Below are positions 1 to 11,315 of a stretch of 64,000 nucleotides of DNA, piece by piece (the first letter of the stretch is position 1; every line of letters starts with the position of its first letter). The stretch spans positions 26,598,001-26,662,000 of the forward strand of contig NC_043012.1 of the NCBI RefSeq assembly GCF_006345805.1, written 5' to 3'. Source of the DNA: Octopus sinensis (lineage: Eukaryota). The notes beneath the pieces are model-generated. The model saw only the letters and a list, made by a program, of their open reading frames with translations. It ran no database searches and had not been told where the DNA came from. A program made the translations under genes and the position numbers.

Positions 1-183
1 ACATGCTTGCAGCCTGTCGTCCGTCTTTACATTCTGAGTTAAAATTCCGCTGAGATCGCTTTTGCCTTGCATGCCATTCGGGATCAATAAAATAAGTACC
101 AGTTGAGTACTGGGGTCTATGTAATCGATTTACACCACCCACTCCGAAATTGCTGGCCTTGTGCCAAAATTTGAAACCAATAT
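1..183 (+). mobile_element. tRNA-derived SINE family B (older 'B2' tail variant), 5'-clipped by window edge
   Basis: Decayed B-box (TGAGTTAAAATTCC), central GCCTTGCATGCCATTCGGGATCAATAAAATAAGTACCAG domain and tail AAATTGCTGGCCTTGTGCCAAAATTTGAAACC, all shared with other copies in the window. Confidence 0.75.
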
Positions 184-210
184 CAGTAAAGAGACTTCAC
201 CAGAATTGAC

Positions 211-300
211 GTGTGGTAAGTAGCTTGCTTATCAACCACATGGTTCTGGGTTCAGTCCCACTGCGTGGAAGCTTGGGCAAGTGTCTTGTACTATAGCCTC
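211..300 (+). mobile_element. SINE family A, 5' fragment (tRNA-like head + CORE-like GGCAAGTGTCTT)
   Basis: Matches the head of full copies at 21964 and 41038. Confidence 0.8.
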
Positions 301-640
301 GAGCAAATCGACCCCAGGATTTGTTCTTTGTAAGCCTAGTACTTATTCTATTGGTCTCTTATGCTGAACCACTAAGTTACGCGGACTTAAACACACCAGC
401 ATCGGTTGTCAAGCGATGTTGGGGGGCACAAACACAGACACACAAACATACACATACATATACATATACATATATACGACGGACTTCTTTCAGTTTCCGT
501 CTACCAAATCCGCTCACATGACTTTGGTCGGTCCGAGGCTATAGTAGAAGACACTTGCCCAAGGTGCCACACAATGGGACTGGACCCGAAACCATGTGGT
601 TGGTAAGCAAGCTACTTACTACACAGCCACTCCTACGCCT
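299..640 (-). mobile_element. SINE family A (tRNA head, CORE-like domain, internal AT/GT microsatellite), 3'-clipped
   Basis: Reverse complement of GGCGTAGGAGTGGCTGTGT..GGTAAG..GGCACCTTGGGCAAGTGTCTT..GTAGACGGAAACTGAAAGAAG. Confidence 0.85.
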
Positions 641-1079
641 AAAAATTTATATTAATGCCAAACAAAGGTCTTATAATCAAAACACACACACATACACACA
701 CACACACAAACACAAATAGATATACCTGTTTGTATATATAGATATGTAACTATATAAAGGGTCATTTGTCGGAAGGGATGGATATCGCTTACATGTACAC
801 ACACACATACACACTCACACACATACCTACAGGCGCTCACGCATACACACATATATGGACGTACGCGCATATGTATAACATTTCGTTTTCTACAATATAA
901 TGACCACTTCACACTGGCTATTCTCCTTTGGCCGCCCAACGGACCCGCAGCTTATCTGCAGCTTGACGTTCTTGCATCTAAACTGTTCATTAACTTTTGA
1001 ACACAAACAAAACGTCTTTTACAAGGTTTAGTCCAACAAACAAGGCCCTGTGCACACACACACACACACACATACACAT

Positions 1080-1412
1080 AATCTGCAAAACAGCGTAGAT
1101 GCAAGAAAGTCAAGCTGCAGGGTGTTCAAAAAGTCATTCCGCAGTGAATTTTTCGGTGAACGGATTATTTCGAAGGGACTTTGGCTGCCAAGATCACCCG
1201 AGTTAACACCGCAAGACTTTCTTTTCTGGGGAGCAAGTAAAGGATCAGAGTACAAGAATCTCCCGAAAACCATTAATGAGCTAAAAAACGCAATCATAAC
1301 ATTCACACGGTCCATGCCGCACCAGACTCTACAAGATGCATTTCAAAACATATGTAGAAGAGTCAACTTAAGTATTAAATATGAAGGACGACAGTTTCAA
1401 CGCCTCTTATAA
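1080..1412 (+). pseudogene. Tc1/mariner-superfamily transposase C-terminal fragment (DD37D/maT-like)
   Basis: Translation WLPRSPELTPQDFLFWG...PKTINELKNAI...GRQFQRLL* matches the WPPRSPDLTPLDFFLWG / G..FEHLL signature. Confidence 0.75.
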
Positions 1413-1434
1413 AGTTCTTTAAAGTCTTATAAAG

Positions 1435-1816
1435 TCGCGAAATTTTGGAGGAGGGGCCTAGTCGATTAGATCAACCACAGTACGCAACAGTTGCTTCATT
1501 TATCAACTCCCAAACGGATGAAAGGTAAAGTCGACCTCGGCGGTATTTGAACTCAGGACGGAAAGACAGACGAGATACCTATTTCTATTTCTTTACTATC
1601 CAGAAGGAGCTAAACACAGAGAGGACAAACAAGGACAGACAAACGAATTAAGTCGATTACATCTACCCCAGTGCGTAACTAGTACTTATTTAATCGACCC
1701 CGAAAGGATGAAAGGCAAATTCGACCTCGGCGGAATTTGAACTCATAACGTAGCGGCAGACGAAATACCGCAAAGCATTTCGCCCGGCATGCTAACGATT
1801 CTGCCAGCTCGCCGCC
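1435..1816 (-). mobile_element. Nested SINE B: B1 copy (1580-1816) joined to a B2 body (1435-1579) at GGTATCTCGTC
   Basis: Head GGCGGCGAGCTGGCAGAATCGTTAGC, body, tail AAAGAAATAGAAATA, then a second body starting at GGTAT. Confidence 0.85.
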
Positions 1817-1835
1817 TTATATAATAATAATAATG

Positions 1836-1894
<59 letters not shown>

Positions 1895-2357
1895 TTTGAT
1901 GACGAAATAAGCGTAAAATCACAAGGGAGAACTATATCCAACCTGGTTCGCCTCTAGCAATTTCACATTGTTTTCCTAATTAGGTTCTACCATTTTATCT
2001 TTCTCTTAATTACTTGACTACTACTACTACTACTACTACACTGCTACTACTACTACTACTACTACTACTACTAACTACTACTCCTGCCCAGTGCTGCTGC
2101 TGTTGCTACTGCTGTTGCTGCTGCTGTTGTTACTGCTGCTGCTGCTACTGCAGTTAATATTATTGTGCTTAATTGCATATTTCGGTTTCTTTCTATGTTT
2201 AGCATATTTTCTTATAATTTTATGCTCTGATGCTCCGGTTCGCTGCAAGCGAGAGAAAAAGAGAGCCGTTAATGTTTGTTAAGTTGGTATAACAGCGAAT
2301 AAATTACCGCAATTTTTCCCAACTGAAAGCTAATAACGGAATATTTGCGGAGCAATT

Positions 2358-2400
<43 letters not shown>

Positions 2401-2791
2401 TAATAATAATAATAACAACAACAACAACAACAACAATAACAACAACAATAACAACAACAATAATAAGCAATGATCATAAGGGAATTTTTCCTTTCTCTTC
2501 TTTAAATTTTGCAGTGTTTGTATATGTATGTTGCAATTATTTGGAAGGAAGCTGTGAAGCGCTTTGTGGTAATTTGAAACGTAAGAAGCCACATTGTGAA
2601 AAGTTGCCTCTTCTTCTTGTTTTTAAGGTTTTTAGGCACAATGAAAGTTCAAATATTGTTTTTTATTGTTTATTCAAAAAATAAGAACACGACATAAAGG
2701 AAATGTTAGATTACTTTTGAGAATACATGTTTGTATGCATGGATATCTCTATGTGTATATAGAAATAAGTTTACATATATATACATACGTA

Positions 2792-2848
<57 letters not shown>

Positions 2849-3041
2849 ATACATCCATCCACAGGCACGTTCACACACACGTAAATACAAGCATACACCT
2901 ATGTGAAATATGGTTTTATATATATATATATATATATTTGTATATATACATACCTACCTACAATATATATGTTAAATATTTTTATATACATATATATATA
3001 TATACAAACACACACAGATACATACACGCACGCACATACAT

Positions 3042-4130
3042 ACTTGCCCTTACCTCTCCAACACCACCCTCCTCACTGGCACCCATCATCGACCCTATCG
3101 CATCATTAACTCCTTCACCTGCACCTCCAGCAATATTATCTATTGCGTCTCTTGCTCTCTCTGCCATTCCCTGTACATCGGACAAACGGGACGCCGCTTG
3201 GCTGACCGGTTCGCGGAACACCTTCGTGACATCCGCCTTGCGAACGACACACTGGTCTCACGCCATTTCCGCTCCACCGGTCACTCCTTGCAACACCTGT
3301 CTGTGTTCGGTTTGTCCTTACACAGAGGCCATCCGGATTCCCGTTTGCGCCGTGAACAGGAATTAATCTTCTCTCTTCGCTCTTATGCGCCATTTGGTCT
3401 CAACTCTCCTCCCTTCCTCATCTAATCCCTATCTCCCCCCCCTCCTCTTCTAACCCCCCCCCCCCCGACCCCTACTTTTCTTCAGTCCTTCATCCTTTCA
3501 CCCCTACTCCTCTTCCCTTCTTCCCTCTTTCTCCCTCCATCCTTCTTCCCCTTCCCTCTTTCTCTCTGCTCCCTCACTCCCCTTCTCTCTCTCCCCCCCT
3601 CTCCCTCTATCCTCCCTCCTCCTCTCCCCTCCTCTTCTCCCCTTTCTTTCTCCCCTCCCCCTCCCCCTTACCTCCCCCCTCTTCTCCTCTCTCTACACTA
3701 CACCATACGACTTTACACATCACATCATATATACATACACACGTCCAGACCTCTCATACGCACTAATACTCTCTCATACACACACACACATTCTTATGTT
3801 GGAGCGAGGTCATTCAACCCTATTATCTCCCCTAATTTCGCTCTTGCGTCTCATGTTTGATCTTTGACTTCTGGCCGAAATCAGATCGCCATGTTGATTC
3901 GCTAGCTTCTGCACGCATATTTTTTTCTCTCCTTCTTTCTGTGTTTTTTCTCTGTGTATCTATCTGTTGAAGAGCGTAAGCTCGAAACGTTAAAGACTTG
4001 TTTTATTTATATTTCCTGAGCGCCATACTAATACAATTGTTTGTTTGTATTCCACCTGCCTTCGTCTTTTGTTTATTTCCGTAAACCTGCCTTCGTCTTT
4101 TGTCTATTTTCATAAAGCTTCCCGTTATAT
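3042..4130 (+). mobile_element. Penelope-like element 3' part: GIY-YIG endonuclease fragment (3042-3425), pyrimidine tract and pseudo-LTR with hammerhead-like motif
   Basis: Open frame TCPYLSNTT..FTCTSSNIIYCVSCSLCHSLYIGQTGRRLADRFAEH..EQELIFSLRSYAPFGLN* is a GIY-YIG domain with a Cys linker (Neptune/Poseidon-type); the 3' region recurs at 6.8 kb, 49.1-49.65 kb and 56.7 kb. Confidence 0.85.
3959..3996 (+). ncRNA. Minimal type I hammerhead-like motif, A6U core variant
   Basis: CTGTTGA-A-GAGC(gtaa)GCTC-GAAAC-GTT-AAAGA, in a Penelope pLTR. Confidence 0.55.
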
Positions 4131-4135
4131 ATAAG

Positions 4136-4243
<108 letters not shown>

Positions 4244-4300
4244 AGATTGATAGGTAGAGATAGATAGATAGACAGGTAGATAGATAGATACATACATACA

Positions 4301-4331
<31 letters not shown>

Positions 4332-4780
4332 TATGTGTGTGTGTGTGTATAAGTTTTAAATGAATGAATATCTGAAAATATTTATAGACATATTATTATT
4401 AATTATTATCATTAGTAAAATGAATATCAATAATATTATTGGTAGCCAACGAGTAAAAGCCGATAAATGGCAAATCCAAAAGTTTATAATTGATTTATAA
4501 TTATAATTAGGCACACGCGGTGCCAGCATTGTTGTGAAAATCATAGTCAAAATTCCTCTGAGAAAACCACCAATCACTAGAAAAATATGCACAACAGAAA
4601 TCAGGCTACAAGCAAAGGAATTAACTTACGATTCTGGCAGTTCGCCGCATTTAGTAAAATGAATAACAACAATATTACATTGAGAAGCCAACTAGCGCAA
4701 CCAGTCATAGAACGATAATGTGACTGTAATTAGAGAAACCTGTCTCTCTTAACACATCGCAGCGTCTGCCTTTTCAGTTT

Positions 4781-4828
4781 CAGGTGCTGAAGAAGAGAGT
4801 ACCGCTCCGAAATGCATGTTGCCATCTG
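4781..4828 (+). ncRNA. Degenerate Penelope-type minimal hammerhead motif
   Basis: CTGAAGA-A-GAGAG(taccg)CTCC-GAAA-TGCATG-TT; stem I pairing is poor. Confidence 0.35.
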
Positions 4829-6030
4829 TCTGGTCGCGTACTGCTGCGAACTGATTTGGTGTGTTTAAACCTCTATGTCTACAGTGAAAAATGTTCTCCA
4901 TGCCAAAATACAAGAATGGCTTTCTTACTGGTTAGAATATGTCTCAAGCACATTTGAATACATATGTCAATGTTCCCATATTTATACAAAGAAGGTGACC
5001 TTCTAGAGCGTTTACAGGGCTAGACATTATGCCTTGCGGTATTGATCCCAACTTTGTTATGACAGCCATGATTGCGACTATACTAGCACTAAGGTGTCTG
5101 CCTTTCTCACGAGCAAACACTGGTGACATGGAGAGTGAAGATTTGCATACATAGACAACCGTTAGCATTTCTCAAAATTTCTGGCCTTTGTATTACTTAT
5201 TTAAGCGTTTCACCTCTCTGTTGAGTAAAAGCCATCGGTAATTTCCTTCACTTTTCTAGACTCCAGGCTGTTATTTTATTTTGTCTTGCTTTTCTCTGCC
5301 AAGAGCTTGCGCCCTGCTGGTATAGAACTCTTTATTGAGACATACAAGTCATGATACTACACCGAGGACCGGAACTTTTGGTGCTTAGGCCTTTGCATAA
5401 ATGTTCATATTTGTGGTCTATCTTGACTAGCGGAGCTCCTAAGTATAATCGAAAAATAATTTTGTTTCATGTTAATAACAGATTGAATAAAAGAGCTGAA
5501 TTGGTAGCACATTATATTTATGGAGACAAGCTTCTTTTATGTAAATACCAGCCTTACTGACATTCGACTTATCTCGGGATGTGAAAACATTGATTTCAAA
5601 GAGTTTTAAAACATTGCTTTTAAGATATTGCTTAAGCAACGCAATTTTATGAGGAGAGTTCCCAGACTGATATCAACATCTTTGTATGAATTATATGACT
5701 TTTGGAGTAAATCTACGAAAGCCAGAAATGGAATGAAAATCATGTACTTGAGACTGCCGATATTACATATATTGTTTGCACATTTTTTTTTCTTTACTTT
5801 ATATGTAAAGATAACTGCTTACTTGATAACTTCGTGTAGTTTTTCAATATATATGCATTCAAATAACAGATATTTGAAGAAGACTTGCAGGAAAGGGGAA
5901 ATGTTCGACTCGGAGTACAGGTAGTCCCGTGTATAATGTAATAAAGAATATTCAACATTTATATATTGATAGATTTATAATACATCTCTTCTCGATGAGT
6001 CTACACACACACACACACACACATATATAT

Positions 6031-6192
6031 AGGCGTAGGAGTGTCTGTGTTGTAAGTAGCTTGCTTGCCAACCACATGGTTCCGGGTTACGCCTCACTCC
6101 GTGGCACCTCGGGCAAGTGGCTTCTACTATAGCCTCTGGGCGACCAAAGCTTTGTGAGTGGATTTGGTAGACAGAAACTGAAAGAAGCGCGT

Positions 6193-6229
<37 letters not shown>

Positions 6230-6571
6230 TCAATATAGGGTGGCAAATTTGGCGCGAGTGCGATGATTTGAAAATTTTAGGTCAGATATTAACTTGGCAG
6301 GGTCGGAAATGCCTCGTGAAAATATCTGTTCCGACTTGTGGCTATTTCTTACTGAAGAATCTGAGGGCCTATGGAAGATTGGCTTGATTTAATTTAATCA
6401 GGTTAGTTTACCATTAAACAGCAGACGAAACGGTGCATCGTATAAGAAATTACAGGGTAAATGTTTTTTAAATTTTCTCCTGTTTACGGAATTGACTTTT
6501 ATTTGCGGTTGAAGCTTTGGCTGTTATTTCTAGTGGGTGAATGGCCTATTATGGCCGTTCCTTGATTGTTG

Positions 6572-6657
<86 letters not shown>

Positions 6658-6790
6658 TCCTCCCACCATCACTTGAGAAGCGATAGAATAAATACGAGGC
6701 TTACAAAGAATATGTTCTGTAGTCGAATTGTTGGACAAAAGGCGATGCTCTAGCATGGCTGTCGTCAAATGACAGAAACAAATAAAATAA
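6031..6790 (+). mobile_element. SINE family A split in two (6031-6192 and ~6625-6790) by a ~350-bp insert in its internal (AT)n
   Basis: The 5' half ends GAAACTGAAAGAAG+(AT)n; the 3' half (GT)nTTTGTCC..GATAGAATAA..GGCTTACAAAGAATA..CAAATGAC resumes after a second (AT)n. Confidence 0.75.
6344..6450 (+). ncRNA. Type I hammerhead ribozyme candidate with extended stem II; predicted cleavage after GUA at 6442
   Basis: Stem I ATTTCTTA/TAAGAAAT (8 bp perfect), core CTGAAGA, stem II TCTG/CAGA, GAAA, stem III ACGGT/ATCGT, GTA triplet; A10.1-C11.1 mismatch. Confidence 0.7.
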
Positions 6791-6799
6791 TGTACATAT

Positions 6800-6965
6800 A
6801 ATTGAAATTTACAGCAAAAACAGAAGGCGAAGAAACGTGTATAAACAATAAGCAGGTGTATTAGTCTGGGGCTCGGGAAAGTGAGAAAGTATTTTACGTT
6901 TCGAGCCTTCGCTCTTCAACGGAAAGGGATATGAGGAAATAAACAGAGTGAAAATTTAAAAAATC
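6800..6965 (-). mobile_element. Penelope pLTR fragment with variant hammerhead motif (6892-6928)
   Basis: Reverse complement CCTTT-CCGTTGA-A-GAGC(gaag)GCTC-GAAAC-GTA-AAAT..CTAATACA, homologous to the 3.96 kb and 49.5 kb copies. Confidence 0.65.
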
Positions 6966-7017
6966 TTATGGATTTTGCGATCAATCATGGCAACTTGATA
7001 TATATATATATATAAAT

Positions 7018-7240
7018 AGCTGGCAAAACGTTAGCGATCCGGGCGAAATGCGAAGCCGTATTTCGTCTGCCGCTACGTTCAGAGTACAAATTCCGCCGAG
7101 GTCGACTTTGCCTTTCATCTTTTCGGGGTCGATAAATTAAGTACCAGTTACGAACTGGGGTCGATGTAATCGACTTAATCCCTTTGTCTGTCCTTATTTG
7201 TCCCCTCTATGTTTAGTCCCTTGTAGGCAATAAAGAAATA
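7018..7240 (+). mobile_element. SINE family B1
   Basis: A-box TGGCAAAACG, B-box GAGTACAAATTCC, GCCTTTCATCTTTTCGGGGTCGATAAATTAAGTACCAG domain, tail AATAAAGAAATA. Confidence 0.9.
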
Positions 7241-7245
7241 CATAC

Positions 7246-7279
<34 letters not shown>

Positions 7280-7280
<1 letters not shown>

Positions 7281-7560
7281 TAAATGCCTCGGATTTTACC
7301 GAAAAAAGCATAGTGTTTACTGATTTTAACCCACGCTGGTGGAAAGGGGAGAGCAGAAATTCTTCGCTTGCATATTTGAGTTTGCTGGCACTGTTAGTTT
7401 CGAGCGGATCTTCAGAAGCGATAAGAAGCCGAAAGGGTATGCTCCCACTTTCAGTGTTTTCAAATCCAAACCAGGGAGTTCTGAGCTGATGATAGAAATG
7501 TCGATTTTGACTAATCTTGAAACGTACGTTCTCAAATAACCTTTGCATTTGATTTTTTAA
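7280..7560 (-). pseudogene. Possible highly decayed hAT transposase C-terminal dimerisation region
   Basis: Stitched frames YPF..LSLLK..LTVPANS..KNF / LKSVNTMLFSVK resemble L..LA..LL.VPA.S..ER.FS; weak. Confidence 0.35.
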
Positions 7561-8224
7561 TGTCTCTACCCCCATACTTTCGTGAGTTGAATTGAGCAAA
7601 CACTATATGAGAGAGGTTTTCTTTAAGTATTAGAAATAGTTTTATAAATGTTTTTTTAGCTGCTATTTCTAATGAGTTCAGTATGCGGCAAAGTAATTTA
7701 TTTTACTAAGCCCTTTTATATAATATATATATATACATATATATATATATGTATGTATGTATGTATGTATATATACGTGTAGAGTTATATTCAACATGTT
7801 TTAGTACGCTTGGACGTGGAAAGAATTTTCGCTGTGAAAATAGTATCGGGAGAAATTTTTCATCCTTGATGCTGTGAGCAGAAACACATTAGGGGTGAAT
7901 GATATCACTGTATCGTAGGACACGCACGCTTTTGAAAATATTACTTAAATAGCGAATGTGCTGTTTGATTTTCTAATATATAAATGAATCGTTCTTTTCA
8001 GGCGGATTAATCCTTGAGTGGTACGTTGATTTATCGACCACAATACTTGACTGATACCTTATTTCATAGAATCTGAAATGATTAAATCAAAGTGGTTCCG
8101 GGGAGATTTAAACTGAATATGAAAACAAAACGTTTTTTTCCCTTCCGACGCTCTAACAATTTGCCAACCCAACTGCTACAAATATAACAACAACAACAAC
8201 AATAATAATAATAATAATAATAAT

Positions 8225-8284
<60 letters not shown>

Positions 8285-8297
8285 GATAATAATAGTA

Positions 8298-8358
<61 letters not shown>

Positions 8359-8359
<1 letters not shown>

Positions 8360-8865
8360 TGATCAGAAGTGTTATCATGTACATTGTTTTGTCTTGGTAT
8401 AAAAGATGGGCTACAGCATATATTCTGCTCAATACTACAGATTTGCTTGTCAGTTATTTGACCTTAACCACTCGAGTATGTCTCTTAGTGGCTGATGATA
8501 TATGCATCTCTGATCACAAGTAGAAGTAATGGAAGCGCATCATAGCCATGTGTTGAGAGGAATTCTTTGGGGTTAGGATAATTCACCTTTGGAAAAATGG
8601 GTGTTTCGTTCAACATCCTTAAGCAACTCTTATTCAGCGACATTTTGAGTGGGATAGGCTACTCAACATGAAGAAAATTGTAACTGGGCCCCACCTACAA
8701 GGTTAAGCGCTGTTTATGTTGATATGAAACCACCATGTCGCGTACATGTGGGTGTGATGCATGTACCTGGTGTACTCTTATCAGGCGGGTAACCGTGATA
8801 GGTAGACCGAGCTCCGTATATTTTACCCCAGTGCCACTTTGATGGCATTCATTGCTCCCTCACTC
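8359..8865 (+). mobile_element. ~555-bp (AAT)n-associated non-coding element (family C), 5'-truncated copy
   Basis: Homologous to 54046-54602; starts directly after a long (AAT)n; ends GATGGCATTCATTGCTCCCTCACTC. Confidence 0.8.
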
Positions 8866-9176
8866 GATAAATTGCATATATATAAGAACTGTAAGGGAAA
8901 AAAAAAACAGTATATAATACACATATATAACGACCACTATACACACATCGAGAGCTGCAAATATATTCAGACAGAGGAAATCACCAACAACAGATATATA
9001 CATACACGAAACTACAGCAGTAGTATCAGTTGTGTTTATTCGTTTAAAACCGAGAACAAATATATACACACATGAAATAACAACATCGATAATATACTAA
9101 CGCATAAAACGAAACTAATATTCACTACTCACACAAAAACCACAATTCCACACGCAGAGTCGCACACACACACACA

Positions 9177-9221
<45 letters not shown>

Positions 9222-9460
9222 ACACCACACCACACCACACCACACACGGACACACACACAAAAGTAAAAAACCATGCGAGAATTTCAGGAAGGAAGAAAT
9301 ACACATATACATTAAACGACAACACGTTATTCATAAGATAGTATATAATGCGTTCACCAATTCACAATGACTCAGAACTCCATCAAATTTCCAAGCACTT
9401 TAATGTAAAAAAGAAGAAATATACAAAACCAAAAAAATGCAAGAAGTAAATAATAATAAT

Positions 9461-9515
<55 letters not shown>

Positions 9516-9556
9516 TAATAATAATAATAATAGTGATGATAATAATAATAATAATA

Positions 9557-9625
<69 letters not shown>

Positions 9626-10044
9626 GTAAAAACCAGAAACCCACTAACGAACGAAAATCTGTGTCGCTGTCAAGAGATTTGTAATGTTGTCGGCCATTGT
9701 TCTAGTTATAACAATATATTGTAACTTTGACACGTGATTCAAAATTTAGGATTTGTCATACAATTTTATTTTATTTTATGTTTACTATTTTTGTCTTTGT
9801 TATTTGGATATATGGGTTGTTGTACGCATAATTTTGCTGTTGCAATTTAACGGCGTGAGGTGGGGGTATTTCAATAAGTCGTTATTTATTTGTTTATATA
9901 TTTTTTTCGTTTCAGCTGTACATGTCAAAAAGGTTGTCAGATATTTTTTCTTCTTCACAGAAGTATTTGTTCGTCATTCTTTCCCGTTTTGTCTCTTTGT
10001 GGCGTGTGACATGTATAACAGTGTATTCATGTATATACTCTCTT

Positions 10045-10462
10045 ACTCTTTTAATCTTTTACTTGTTTCAGTCGTTTGACTGTGGCCATGCTGGAGCACT
10101 GCCTTTAGTCGAGCAAATCAACCCCAGGACTTATTCTTTGTAAGCCTAGTACTTATTCTCTCAGATCTCTCTTGCCGAACCGCTACGCTACGGGGACGTA
10201 ACCACACCAGCATCGGTTGTCAAGCGATGTGTGTGTGTGTGGGGGGGGGGGGCAAACGCAGACACACAAACACATACACATACATACACATATATATATA
10301 CATATATACGACGGTCTTCTTTCAGTTTCCGTCTACCAAATCCACTCACAAGGCTTTGGTCGGGCAGAGGCTATAGCAGAAGACACTTGCCCAAGGTGCC
10401 ACGCAGTGAGATTGAACCCGGAACCATGTGGTTGGTAAGCAAGCCACTTCCCACACAGCTAC
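10045..10462 (-). mobile_element. SINE family A, full length
   Basis: Head, CORE-like domain, internal microsatellite and tail all present. Confidence 0.9.
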
Positions 10463-10577
10463 ATTCAGATTTGAACTCTAGATGTAAAGGCATGGAGCAT
10501 ATAGCGCAAAATATTTTCCTGACACTGAAAACATGTTGTCCCGACAAATCTTAGTAACAAAAATATAATCTTAGTAA

Positions 10578-11315
10578 CAGTGTCCTAAAATAAAGATGTG
10601 ACGAGTCTCCTAGACCAGTCTCCTAAAATAAAGATGTGATGAGTCTCCTAGATCAGTGTCCTAAAATAAAGATGTGACGAGTCTCCTAGATCAGTGTTCT
10701 AAAATAAAGATGTGACGAGTCTCCTAGATCAGTGTCCTGAAATAAAGATGTGACGAATCTCCTAGATTAATGTCCTAAAATAAAGATGTGACGAGTCTCC
10801 TAGATCAGTCTCCTAAAATAAAGATGTGACGAGTCTCCTAGATCAGTCTCCTAAAATAAAGATGTGACTAGTATCCTAGATCAGTGTCCTGAAATAAAGA
10901 TGTGACGAGTCTCCTAGATCAGTGTTCTAAAATAAAGATGTGACGAGTCTCCTAGATCAGTGTCCTAAAATAAAGATGTGACGAGTCTCCTAGATCAGTG
11001 TCCTAAAATAAAGATGTGACGAGTCTCCTAGATCAGTGTCCTAAAATAAAGATGTGACTAGTCTCCTAGATCAGTGTCTTAAAATAAAGATGTGACTAGT
11101 CTCCTAGGTCAGTGTCCTGAAATAAAGATGTGACGAGTCTCCTAGATCAGTGTCCTAATATAAAGATGTGACGAGTCTCCTAGATCAGTGTCCTGAAATA
11201 AAGATGTGACGAGTCTCTTAGATCAGTCTCCTAAAATAAAGTTGTGACGAGTCTCCTAGGTCAGTGTCCTAAAATAAAGATGTGACGAGTCTCCTAGATC
11301 AGTGTCCTGAAATAA
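10578..11315. repeat. 38-bp minisatellite, 19 full units plus a partial unit
   Basis: Unit CAGTGTCCTAAAATAAAGATGTGACGAGTCTCCTAGAT at exact 38-bp period (10578, 10616 ... 11300), with 0-3 substitutions per unit and no spacers. Confidence 0.95.

Noticed and set aside
4944-5924. Short ORFs at 4.9-5.9 kb as host exons or a transposase
   Set aside because: No motif I can recognise with confidence and many stops in all frames; needs BLASTX
7390-7415. Minus-strand CTGAAGA..CGAAAC hammerhead-like string
   Set aside because: No G10.1-C11.1 stem II and no stem I/III pairing; it lies inside a probable hAT relic
10578-11315. CRISPR array (38-bp repeats)
   Set aside because: Units are head-to-tail with no unique spacers, there are no cas genes and the context is eukaryotic; it is a minisatellite
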